A stretch of DNA of 64,000 nucleotides from Lama glama (GCA_028534125.1 CM052816.1:24306001-24370000), one strand, 5' to 3'. Shown: positions 24,346-36,300, counted from the first letter of the stretch. Notes: a model not told the origin generated them from the sequence alone. Made by a program: numbers and translations.

Positions 24346-25085
24346 TTTTTTTTATTTTAACATTTTTTATTGATTTATAATCATTTTACACTGTTGTGTC
24401 AAATTCCAGTGTTCAGCACAATTTTTCAGTCATTCATGGACATATACACACTCNNNNNNNNNNNNNNNNNNNNNNNNNNNNNNNNNNNNNNNNNNNNNNN
24501 NNNNNNNNNNNNNNNNNNNNNNNNNNNNNNNNNNNNNNNNNNNNNNNNNNNNNNNNNNNNNNNNNNNNNNNNNNNNNNNNNNNNNNNNNNNNNNNNNNNN
24601 NNNNNNNNNNNNNNNNNNNNNNNNNNNNNNNNNNNNNNNNNNNNNNNNNNNNNNNNNNNNNNNNNNNNNNNNNNNNNNNNNNNNNNNNNNNNNNNNNNNN
24701 NNNNNNNNNNNNNNNNNNNNNNNNNNNNNNNNNNNNNNNNNNNNNNNNNNNNNNNNNNNNNNNNNNNNNNNNNNNNNNNNNNNNNNNNNNNNNNNNNNNN
24801 NNNNNNNNNNNNNNNNNNNNNNNNNNNNNNNNNNNNNNNNNNNNNNNNNNNNNNNNNNNNNNNNNNNNNNNNNNNNNNNNNNNNNNNNNNNNNNNNNNNN
24901 NNNNNNNNNNNNNNNNNNNNNNNNNNNNNNNNNNNNNNNNNNNNNNNNNNNNNATTTTGAGTTGATTTTTGTATATGGTGTAAGGGTGTGTTCTAGCTTC
25001 ATTGTTTTACATGCTGCTGTCCAGTTTTCCCAACACCATTTGCTGAAGAGACTGTCTTTATTCCATTGTATATTCTTGCCTCCTT
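24346..25085 (-). mobile_element. Young 5'-truncated L1 containing an assembly gap
   Basis: Poly(T) and 3'UTR on the left. Right part encodes open ORF2 peptide [43 protein letters not shown]. Perfect 15-bp TSD agtcctctatttctt at 24331-24345 and 25086-25100. Confidence 0.93.
24454..24953. other. Assembly gap (500 N)
   Basis: Run of N. Confidence 1.
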
Positions 25086-25489
25086 AGTCCTCTATTTCTT
25101 ATATGTCCTCACATGCAGATCTATTTTGGATGTAGGGTTCCTCACTCCAGTGTGTCTGAATGCTTTGAACTTGAGGTCAAGTTCAAGCCTCTACCCCACA
25201 GATCTGGAGCAGAATTTCTTGCAGACTATGACAGACTATGTGTTAGGGAGGTAAGGCCCTTATTAAGAATTCTTAATAAGGTGGCAGAGATCTCATTCAT
25301 CAGTTGCTTGTATCTACCAATGCATTCCCCTATGATGACGCGGTGTCCTTGGATTATAGGTAGCACACAAAAAAGCAAAAACTTAATATTAATGCACTGA
25401 TTGTAATGTTCATTAAAAATATATGTAACAAGCTCATCAAACTTGTCATCTCCTGAATAACTTTATTGAAGACAAGGCTAAAATAAATT

Positions 25490-25697
25490 TTCTTTTTACC
25501 TATATATTTTTTTTCTGTTTCTTTTCTACTACAGCTCATTACAAGAAATTGAAAATAGTTCCCTGTGCTATACAATAGATCCTTGTTGTTTATCAATTTA
25601 AATATAGTAATGTGTATCTGTTAATCCTAAACTCCTAATCTATCCCTCCCACTACATTTCCCCGCCTGGTAACAACAGTTTGTTTTCTGTCCGTGAG
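25490..25697 (-). mobile_element. L1 3'UTR fragment (cetartiodactyl type)
   Basis: atagttccctgtgctatacaatagatccttgttgtttatc..actcctaatctatccctccc. Confidence 0.85.
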
Positions 25698-26393
25698 TAA
25701 ACTAGGTTAAGTCTTTTAAGGAAGTTCATTTTCAAGACACATTAAGTAGATAATTTTATTACGGCACACATATGGCAAAAGTCATGAAGGTGGTACATTA
25801 ACTGAGTGATTCATCTTTGGCAAATGTTGCCCAAAAAGGTGTTACTTGGCCAAATTCAGGGTTCTTTCTTTCTTCCTTTCTCTTTCTTTATTTCTTTTTT
25901 CCTTCCTTCCTTTTTTTCTTTCTTTCCTTCCTTCTTTTTTCCTTTCTTTCTCTCTCTCTTTTAAATCTTAGTGTCTCAGAAAGAAGCTGCATGGAGAATA
26001 AATTTCTTACAAGAACAAAAATAGTTGCAAATGGTTGTAATAATGATTCTAATAAACTTTGAGAGAGTGTCAACAGACTTACTGCTTCTCTGGCCCAGAG
26101 CAAGAGAACTGCTTACCTCCTCTTCAGATCAGGCTTCAGAGCTATCATTCCCTCCCCTCTCCAATCCTAAATGTTTATGTGTACCAACACGCTCGCTGCC
26201 TTGTTCATAACCATGTCCACTGTTTCTCGTGGGCTCCGTGTGGACACGTGTATTAAACAGTAACAAGATAATATGCCACATCTGGGCTACCTCTGTTATT
26301 CATATTAAATAATGACATGATGATGGTGGCCAGTAATTCTCCATTTTCTATGAACCACCCTGCCCAAGTCAACTGTTTTCTGATCTCTCTTAG

Positions 26394-26449
26394 ATGGAAA
26401 TCCTGTATGAATGTGGAAGACATTAGCAGAGTAATTGCTGTCTGTTACC
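26394..26449 (+). other. MARCHF3: MARCHF3 5'UTR portion of exon 2 (56 nt)
   Basis: Lies between the AG acceptor at 26392-26393 and the ATG at 26450. Confidence 0.85.
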
Positions 26450-26637
26450 ATGACAACCAGCCGCTGCAGTCACCTGCCCGAAGTGCTGCCCGACTGCACC
26501 AGCTCAGCCGCGCCCGTGGTGAAGACCGTGGAGGACTGTGGCAGCCTAGTGAATGGGCAGCCGCAGTATGTCATGCAAGTTTCAGCCAAGGACGGGCAAC
26601 TGCTGTCAACAGTAGTGCGGACCCTCGCCACCCAGAG
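26450..26637 (+). CDS. MARCHF3: MARCHF3 first coding exon (exon spans 26394-26637; ATG at 26450)
   Basis: Translates [62 protein letters not shown](S), the recognisable MARCH3 N-terminus. Acceptor tctctcttag ends at 26393; donor AG|gtagta; 188 coding nt (phase 2). ATG context accATG. Confidence 0.97.
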
Positions 26638-28004
26638 GTAGTACCACAATTAAAAATCAATAAATCTGTAATCGAGCCAGAGGATTCTGTTAGACGGGAA
26701 ATGCTAAAGGGAATGTAATTAGTGCTCAGGTCTTTGTGTCAGGTGAGAGGAGGTACTGGGTAAAAAAACCACGCAAGTTCTGTCATCGCCGTTTCTATAG
26801 CAATGGAGTAAAAGCTAAAATTCACATTATCGCGTTTTCCACTTAGAGTCACACTTGCAGATAGCCGGACGGGGAAGGACCCCACAAGACACAGGGTCGC
26901 TTGCTTTACATTTGTTATTTCGGCACTGCTACGGTAATTACATTCTTGTTGTCACCAGGTGCTAGCCAGAGAAGCCCTTTGTTAGAACAGAAAGAAGGAT
27001 TACTCTGATTTCAGGCTACTGAGCCAAAGTGACTGATTACATGGGCAAAACTTTGGAAGTGACATGCTGGTGTGCATGCTAATCAGCACCTAGTGATGAC
27101 GGCCTGTCCAGGGCTATTTCCTGGGGCTGTCTCCTCTCTGGCACATCTCCACCTGGGGGCCTCTTCTGATGCCCCCCGCATCAGTCCCCATACATCCCAC
27201 TCATGATCCTTCGTACACACTCTGCCCTGAGAAGTTCTACTGTTAAAACTCCCATGGCTTGTCTTCCCTGGGTGATGAGCCAGAGCCAGGCTGAAGGCTC
27301 TGAGCAGCCCAGAGACGGCTTATCCCAGCCAACAGCACTTTGTCCCTGGAGGTCTCCCCGATGCTCTTGCTGCCCAGTGGCAGGTTGGGAGCTACAGGCT
27401 GCACAGCCCATAGGTGCTCCGTGGCTTCTGCAGCTTCCTTTCAGAATGGATAAGTGTGACTTTGACTTACGAATGGAAAATGTATTTCAGTACAGTTCTT
27501 GCCGGCTGGTTTCAGCACTGACACTTCCAGCCCCCAAACTGTGGGTCAGCCACTTAGGCCTTGACTGCTTACCTTGGTCTGATCAATTCAGCCAACCCCT
27601 CAGGTGCAGACACAGGCCCACCGATCCATACATGCCTCCACAGCCGGGCTCCTGGTGACAGCACCGCATGCTCTGTCGCCCCCCACCTGGATGTGGTGGC
27701 CACCAGACAGAGACTCACACACCCATGCATGTTGTAAACACTGTCCATGTGCTTTCTACTTTCAATCTGTGCAGCTATGGCAAAGGGAAGAAACAGAGGG
27801 AAAAAAGTCTATATTTTTTCACCTCTGAAAAATCTTCTAACAATTGGTTAGGACTCAAAGTACAATGAGGCAGTGAGCATCATTGCTCATCTGTGAACTG
27901 AGACAGGTAACTGCTTCTGCCCCCGTCACCCCTGAGCCTTCAAATACCTCATGTGTTCAGGAAGGACAGATTGCAGAGCTGAAATGACTGAGACCTGTGA
28001 GCCA

Positions 28005-28005
<1 letters not shown>

Positions 28006-28049
<44 letters not shown>
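28006..28049. repeat. (TG)22 microsatellite, intron 2
   Basis: Directly visible. Confidence 0.97.
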
Positions 28050-28050
<1 letters not shown>

Positions 28051-28669
28051 CATATTTGCATGTTTGCCTACCATGTAGTAATGTAAACCAGAGGTTTGGT
28101 TTTTTCCCTTTTTTAATAAATAATTTTACATTCATTTGGCTCAATGTGAATGATGGTTACCAGGAATAATGAGAGGAAAAAGTCAGCTCTTTAAACTCTC
28201 TTTTCCCACCCCTGAGCATGATGGGGTCTTTTGGCAAGTGGGAAGGAGATCTTTTCCTCTTTTAATCCCATTTTAGCCTTCACACATTCCCAGGATCATC
28301 CCCAGAAAGGCCTTTGGGAAACAGTAGTGTGTCCATGGCTGTTTTCATTTGGACCAAAGATGGACTCAGAGACTGAGTGGTGGGCGTGAACCTGGGTTAC
28401 TGTCATCTTTGGGGGACGGGAAGAGGCAGGGGAGGGTGGGTACAGAGGTGGTCCTTGGGTTTTCGCATACAATGATGACATTTTAAAATCTATTACCCAG
28501 TAAAAGACCTCTAGCAATATAAGATGACATTGATCCAAGAGGGATAGTCCTCTCATAGGACATAGAGTCCACTGAGACAAGAGCTCATCCTAGTTTGAGC
28601 CTTCCATTGGCCACTGACTTCTATGATGAGGGCCATGTTATTTGATTTTCCTCAACCTGAGTTTTTCTA

Positions 28670-28930
28670 CAAGTAAAAATAGTTAGCATTAACTAGGCAT
28701 TTACTATGTGCCGGTTCCTCTTCTAAGCTTCTAATCTGGACTATCTTTTCTCATCCTCACGGTTGCCATATGAGAAAGACACTGTTCTCTGTACCCATTA
28801 TAGAGATGAGGAAACTAAAGTCCAGACAGATGACATTACTCACCCACAGTTAGCCAGCCTGTGAGCAGGAGAGCTGGGGTTTGAGCCCAAGCGGCTGGAC
28901 TCCAGAGCCTGCCTCGTGATCCACTATACT
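28670..28930 (-). mobile_element. MIR SINE
   Basis: tactatgtgcc..cccattatagagatgaggaaact..gagctggggtttgagcccaag..gactccagagcc. Confidence 0.8.
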
Positions 28931-29628
28931 GTGTGCCCTCACGGAACTGCAGGGGCGGTATTTCCACGTTAACAGCCAAGCTCTAGACTGAGGCCACCTT
29001 GATGGGACATACCTTTACTCCCTCAGCATGGTGTCCTCAGCATTCCGAAGAGCATCCCAGGAAAGCTCCAAGGACTGACCCGCCCCAGCTCTGTGCTCTG
29101 CTCACACTGCAGTTCTGTGCAGCGGCTTCAGAGTTGGCTGCCAGTCCGTTTCCGTCCCCATTCTCTCATCCCACTGAAAGGATAGAAGAGAGGAAACTCT
29201 GGTTATTTACAAATGTCCCAGCCTGGTTCAAAAGACCTAATTTGTCTAGAAACCACAACTGGTGCCATTTCAAAATAATTTCATAAAGGCAAGAGATGAT
29301 TTTCATTTTTTGATGGGGAGTTTGCCTGAACTACATCGATGTCCAAGGGAAAATTAACACGTTGCTCCTTTTTACTCGTTTATGGCCCTGGGCCCGCCTG
29401 CTGTGATATTGGTGATCCCGTATTTCTTTGTATTGGCAAAAGTATGTGCCCAGGGACTCTGGCCCCCGCTTCCGAATGCCAGCGTAGATCTCGGGTTTTA
29501 AAAACAGACACCTGTCTGTTCTGAGCAGCTGCCATGGGGAAGGGCTCAAAGGACACAGAGCCAGAGGACCATGGCGTGGCAGTGGTTTCCAGCCCAGTGA
29601 CCAGCTGGTGCCCCTCCTTTTCTTGCAG

Positions 29629-29833
29629 CCCCTTCAATGACCGGCCGATGTGCAGGATCTGCCACGAGGGCAGCAGCCAAGAGGACTTGCTCTCTCCATG
29701 TGAATGTACAGGGACCTTGGGGACAATTCATCGGAGCTGCCTGGAGCACTGGCTGTCATCCTCAAACACCAGCTACTGTGAACTCTGCCACTTCAAGTTT
29801 GCAGTCGAGCGCAAACCCAGGCCGTTAGTGGAG
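29629..29833 (+). CDS. MARCHF3: MARCHF3 coding exon, RING-CH (C4HC3) domain
   Basis: Acceptor ctccttttcttgcag, donor GAG|gtcagt, 205 nt. Encodes [68 protein letters not shown]. Phase matches the previous exon (AG|C = Ser). Confidence 0.98.
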
Positions 29834-29941
29834 GTCAGTAATTGGGGCACGTCTTGAAAACTTAGCTCTAATGAGCAAATGATGTTTGCTTTTATGTCCA
29901 GATCACAAACCCTGTGCAGCTTCACTGAAGCACAGTAATAG

Positions 29942-29944
<3 letters not shown>

Positions 29945-29988
<44 letters not shown>
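29945..29988. repeat. (TG)22 microsatellite 111 nt downstream of the RING exon
   Basis: Directly visible. Confidence 0.97.
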
Positions 29989-29989
<1 letters not shown>

Positions 29990-30071
29990 CACATACAGAG
30001 CGAGCACTCAGGAGCCAGCAGTAGAAAGGTGACCTCCACAAGGTGGAGATGAGAGAATAGAAGAAATCAGT

Positions 30072-30324
30072 GTTGGTGGGCAAAGGGGAGGGATAAATTA
30101 GGAGTCTGGGATTAGCAGATACAAACTACTATATGTTAAACAGATAAACAACAAGGTCCTAATGTATAGCCCAGAGAACTACATTCAATATCTTATCATA
30201 ACCTATAATGAAAAAAAATGCATATAAAACGGAATCACTATGCTGTACACCAGAAACTCACACAGCGTTGCAAATCAACTGTATTTCATTATAAATCAAC
30301 GATACTTCATTTAAAAAGAAAAGA
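30072..30324 (+). mobile_element. L1 3'UTR fragment (cetartiodactyl type)
   Basis: ggagggataaattaggag..gataaacaacaaggtcct..tgctgtacaccagaaact plus A-rich tail. TSD aagaaatcagt at 30061 and 30325. Confidence 0.88.
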
Positions 30325-33300
30325 AAGAAATCAGTATGAGGAGAAAGGGCAAGTTTCGGGACTTGATCTCCATTTTTCCATTCCGGTGACGTGGAGCCAA
30401 CAGATCAAACACTTTTCTCTTTGCACACCATCTGTCCATCTTGAAGCAACAGATAAATGGGCATTTGGGTTGCAAATTCTGAGAGGTCTTTGTGACGAAA
30501 CATGGCTGCCTGGTATAATGGATATAGACCTGGAATTCCTGGGTTTGAATAGTTCTCTGACCCTGGGTAAGCTCCTTCACCTCTTGCAATTACTATGAGA
30601 ATTAAATGAGTTAATATTTATAAAACACTTATAATACCAGCTACATATACAAGCATTTGAATAAAAAAAGTCTTTCCTAGGAAATTATATGTAAGCTTTT
30701 TTCAGCTAATAACCTAGTATTGGAATCTCTTTTCTTAAAAGGGAGGCTGTCAACCCAGGCATTAAAATGGCAGGACATTCCCTTTCCTCTTTTAGGGGCC
30801 ACATGATTCTTCTTTAGACACAGGGTCTGGTCTTGTATTAGCCAGGGGAATTGGAAAAAATTGTTAGGTTACTTTTGCTTTCTCTCCTACCCCTCAACTT
30901 CTAGTCAATCAAAAACCTGGATATTGGCAACAAAAAATATTCTAGTATATCATGAATCAGTGCTGGCTGAAAGAAACCAGAACAGTGTGCCTATAACCCA
31001 GACGGGCTGATAACCTCCTTATTTCAGCAACTGACCCAGTGGAACTTCAGCATTAAACTAGAGCTGGAAATCAAGAAGCCATTCTTGGAGACTATTTACA
31101 ACGGTGTGTTAGCGCCTGTGCACTAAGGCTCTAGAGAGCTCTTGGTTTTGACCTTGACAATGTAATCAGGACCTGTAACTGGGGCCTGTTTTAGCTATGA
31201 TTTGCTTGCCAAATGGCACAACATTTATTTGACTTGCCCCAATAAACTCTATGCTTTTTTTTTTTAAGACTCTGGATCAAGTGACCAGCTAATGTAGGCA
31301 TCTTGCTGGTTGGCATCCGCTTTCAGAAATTCATCTTTGAAGCGTGCCATGAGGGATTTGGCCCTATGCCAGGTTCATTGGGATTCACATTTCAGAACTT
31401 CTGTGCAGGGGGGAAATATAATTAAATAATAAACAAAGGAGGTGAAGATTTCCAAGCCCAATGGCAAAAGTTAAAAAGCAGCCTATTTCTCCTTTCCAGA
31501 AACGTTTGAAACCTCCCCAAGTTGATTTTGCAGCTTCTTTCAGGGAAGCTGGCTTCCCAGGGTAAGAAAACCCTGCTTTGAATGGACTGCATCCAGTGGT
31601 CTATATTACTAGTATCTCCCCAAGTAAAGAAGACTTTTATTTTTGCTTGGTTAAAAAACCTAGCGTGTGTGTGCAGAATAGATAACAAAGGCAGGTAGGT
31701 GTGTGCGTGCGTGTCAGATAACATGCATGCGTCAAATCGCCCAGCGAACCCTTTGAGTCTCAGGAAGGGCCACGTACTCTGACACAGAGGTTTCTCAAGA
31801 GCTGCTGGTGTCGGACTGTAGACAGTGTCCAGCATCCTAGGCAACTGTCATTAAATGAGAAAACAAGGCAAATGACCTTGAGAATGTGTGAGGTGCTCTG
31901 CAAGATTTAGGGCCAAGCCTACAAAAACTTCACCCAAACGGTCACTGGTGGTGAAATTTTCATTGCACAAATGGAATGTGACATTTTTCAGAGTTAATGA
32001 TGATTGAACAAGTTGAAAGCGAAAGGCAGACCTTCTCAAGCTGGGGAGGCTGGCCGTTTGATCATCCCATGGCGAAATGAACTTGCTGTTTGACCACAAG
32101 CAATAAAAAGAAGTTGTCTTTGGTTTCTCAGCTGGAGGACAAATGAGAACCAGGTGCAGGCAGATTTTTAAACAAATGACATTACTAATTGACTTTTCTC
32201 CTCTTCCCAAAGATTTATTCAGGGTGAGCATTGCTTCTCAATATGTTTACCCCAAGATAAAGATGAATCTTTTTTAGTAAATCAGCAAAACCTGCCTCTT
32301 TGGGTTGAACATTAGGAGGATTGTTTATTTCTCATTTTCACTCTTTTAATTGCTTTAATCATTACTTTATTTACCAGTTGGATCTGCCTTCTCATTAAAT
32401 CAAGAAAATTCCCTCACGTTTAATTTCAAAATCGATGTGATAATAACAACTCCCATTGCTAGAGGAAGCAGTTGAAAAAGTCATTTATAAATTTTAATTG
32501 TCAGCCTCCAGACATTACATCGGTCGGAATTGCTTTAACACATCAGACTCCCATCTTTAGGAAACTCTCAGCCTTCGTTCTGCATAAGCCTTCATCTTCC
32601 TCATACTATGTTCTGAAGACACTTCTCCTTCATGTCTTTCCTACACTCTCTGCAGCCAACAGTTGGATGTTCATTTTTAACAGAACCCTGAGCTGTTGCC
32701 TGTACACAGGCTGCTTCATGAAGTCTTTCTTCCCCCATCCCAGCAAAAGGGAGATCAAATCAACAGGCTGTGTTTATTAGCTTCTCCAAACCGGCATCAC
32801 CTCTCCACTTACCACTGACCCCTGGGTGGCGTGGCTCAGTTTCTCTGAGCTGCAGTACAGAGGAGGGTGAGCTAGGCACTCTCTGTGATCTCTGTGGTCT
32901 CTATAAGGCTCAAGTTCTTGTGCAAAAAACCACATTCTACACTTAAAATGAGTACATTGTATGGCAAGTAAATTACACTGCAGTCAGTTGCTTGTGTGTA
33001 TCTACTTACCTACCTGCCTACGAAGCCAGACTAAATCTTTTAGTCTTTTAAGTTCACTGCCAATTTTATACCCTAAATATTTTCTGGCTGTTGCTTGTAT
33101 AACAAGAGCTAGTTTCAACCCAAGAGAGCTACACTGGTTTATTCAATTGTGGGTGAACTTCCTCTATTGTCCAGCTCAAATTAAGTCATAAGATCTGCGT
33201 CTGCTTCGGCAAAGCTTGAAGGAAAGCATTTGGAACTATACATAGTGAAAAAGGAAGAGCAGGTAGAACCCACATAAATTTCATACCTACGCAGCTAGCA

Positions 33301-36300
33301 CTTCTCTCGTGAAGGCTACATGTTTTTGTTGATGATGGAAGATGTACCTACGGCAATTTGCCAGATGAATGAGCCCCGAGAATACTGACCTGGCAGAATG
33401 CAGTAAATAGACATCACTAACCATGAAAGGATTCACTGAATGACCAGCCCGGGTGGTTTTATAGTCTCCTTCCTGCTCATTTTCAGTTTTCCCCATTTCT
33501 CTCTGTAGTTGAACTCTAATATTATGCTTTTATTAGGGTGAAATACAGCAAACCAATAAAAACATCACAATTTCCCGAAATTGTGTGCCTTGACTTCTGC
33601 CTATTGCCATGATTGCAGATCTGACTGCGCACTTTGCCAAGGAAGCCTAGCTTACTCTGTGCAAATAGCATGCTTGCAACATCAGCTCCCGGTGATGGGA
33701 GTATCTACCAGCGGGCCTTCCTAAGACGTGTATCAGGAACACTCCGACCCCTGCCCGCGAGACTCATGAAGTAACAGATCAGCTAAGCAATGCTGTGATT
33801 AACACCAAACAGCCGGGAAATGGTGGAAATCTGCAGGAAACGCTTCCTCGGCTCTGATCTTCCTCCAATCAGAGACAAGGTGATTTTTCACAGAGGGAGT
33901 GATTAGGCTTCTGTATTCCTGCTTCCTTTCCACAGACCCAGCTGACTGATAAGAATCGTATGAACGATTTACAAGCTGTTCCCTGTGAGTCAAAGGCTAA
34001 ACTAAACTGAAACTGAGAATGTTTTCACACGTATCAGTTCCTCAGAATAATGGGATAGAAAGCTCGGGAGATGAGGATAAAGGATTTGTTTTCAGACTTT
34101 TCATTTATTTTTTTTAAGTCACTGTTGGAAAATAGTTTTTAAGTGTGCTCTGGATTCAGTGTCATCCACCGAATCCAGATGAGCAGTGGTGAGCTGCCGC
34201 CGACAAACAACTTAGTACCTTGGCGCTTGCTACTGAATAGATTTCAGGCTTCTCTGAAACCCTCGTGCTATGTTTGTGTCAGACTTAGGTGGGGACGTTG
34301 CTCCACTCATTGTAGTGGGATTTGCTTTGTTGTGATTTTTAATGTATTCGTTTAAGCAAAAACCTGAGCTTTTGGTTTCAGAATATTCATTTTCCTTGGC
34401 AAATCCTTCTAGCATTGGGATAACTAGGGGATGACATCATAGGGGATATAAACTGATTCGAGGAGCTTCCCAGGCACAAGGACCACCCACTCCCCGCAAG
34501 GAAGACAGGCAAGCTCCCCTCTGCTTTCCAACTTGTGAGCGTTGCCAACAAGCAAGGTGGAGGGACCAGAATCTCAGCCTGTGATAGGCAGTCACGGAGA
34601 CTCTGTTCATTCAATAAATGGATGAGTGGAGAACCGCCCCACCATTGCCAACCATATATCGCATTTGGGGCCTGTGGTTGTAAATCAAAGAAACTGACCC
34701 GTTGCCCTTACAGTTGAAGACAGACACAAACAAGGGCTTACATAATACAAACTAGCACCACTGCTTTGAGCCACACAAATGCCATGATTCTGGCAAATCC
34801 TAGCTCCCATCCAGTCATCAGTCCTCAATCAGGTTTTCAGTCATGGCAGCCCAGTATGTCCTGTAACCAGTGAGGAGAGGCTCCCACCCCTCAGTCCCCC
34901 GGGCTGATCAGGCCCCTTCTTGCCAGCTCTGTCTCAGCTCTTCCATCTCAGCAGTCCCACCTGCTCCAGGCCGGGGCCTCGCCAAAGCAGAGTCAGGACT
35001 TGTAGCATGAAGGACAAAGGAAAGATTACGTACCAGCAAGGGAGTACACGGAGGGACTTCGAGTCTGTTTTATGGAGAGCACAACAGGCCCTCCCACCGA
35101 GTGAAATCTGTGCCAGTGACTTCTCCACGCAGGGCTACTGTCGCTGCTGGGGCTGCTGTCCCAAAACCGTGGGACAACCAGCTGGCTGCCAGCCATCTGG
35201 GTGAGAACCCAAACAAATCATTCCTCTCACAGCGCCGGCCTCCTCACCAGTGAAACAGCAGAACCAGCGGACGGGCACCCTCATTCAGGCACACAGTGTG
35301 CTCTATTGAATTAACCCGCTTTTACATTCGAGTGCTTTCAGGTGGGACGTGTGGGCTCCATTTCTTCCAACCCCGGGAGAGGGGGGGATTGGCGTGAGCA
35401 TGTCTCACCTGAAGGCATTCAAAAAACCTTTTTTTTTGCTTACACCCATCCCTCTTTACTCTCCTGCGTTACATGCCTACTATTTACATTGGAAATTCTA
35501 GAACAGGGTGATTTCTCCCACCTTTAAAAGAGTCCTCTAATGCCATGTGGTTTATTCCTACCAATACCTTTCTTCCAGGGTAGCAAAGACTAAACCTAAT
35601 GACTTCACTCCCCATTGTAAGTGAGCTGAAATGGCTGGTTCAAAACCCCATGAAATATGAACCACCAAGAGACAGGTGACTAGCATGGACAGTGGTGAGA
35701 AGTACCTTGCGCTGCCACGTGCCTTAGTGTTGGCCAAACACTTCCTTCACCTCGCATAAGGTTGCTGAGCAGGCCAGCAGCTACCACATGGACTGGTGGC
35801 CCCATCCTTGGTCCAACAGTTGAGATGACCTGCCTGCTGACTGAAGTCCAGCAGTCCCTGATCCTGCAGGTGTTCAGCCTGGGATTTTTCTCTTGGTTCT
35901 GGTGGCTAATTTGGCAGCTGCTTCATTACTTAAAGCTTAGTGACAAAGAAGCTGTTGTAAGGTATCTGTTAAATTCACAGCTTGCTTCATTAAAAGTCGC
36001 TTCATTAAAAAAGCAAGCCAACCGAAGTGTTCACATGGCCATGCCAGATGGAAGGGAGCTAACTGCCTGGTGCCGGGGTTTTCAGCCCAACCACTGCTGG
36101 GAAAAGACTGATTTGGAGGGGAAATCCTGTTCTGGGCATAAAGAGAATGACATGACCAATTCTATTGTTTTGAATTGTATTCATACTTGCGGTAAACTTG
36201 GGTTGAAATACGAATTAGAATTCACATTGTCAAGAGGCCCTTTCTGGGTCCTAGTGGCTGCCCTCTGCCTCTCCCCATCTGAGGACCTCCAGGAGCCAAG

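Noticed and set aside
24370..25002. Three long ORFs (189-196 aa) in the ORF track
   Set aside because: Artefacts of translating through the 500-N gap. Only the L1 ORF2 peptide is real.
1..26393. MARCHF3 promoter or first exon
   Set aside because: No CpG island of promoter size. The patch at 655-790 is short and lies in a repeat. Exon 1 is probably upstream of the window.
29534..29628. ATG-initiated in-frame extension upstream of the RING exon (ORF 29534-29857)
   Set aside because: A strong acceptor at 29628 joins exon 2 in the correct phase, and nothing indicates an alternative promoter here.
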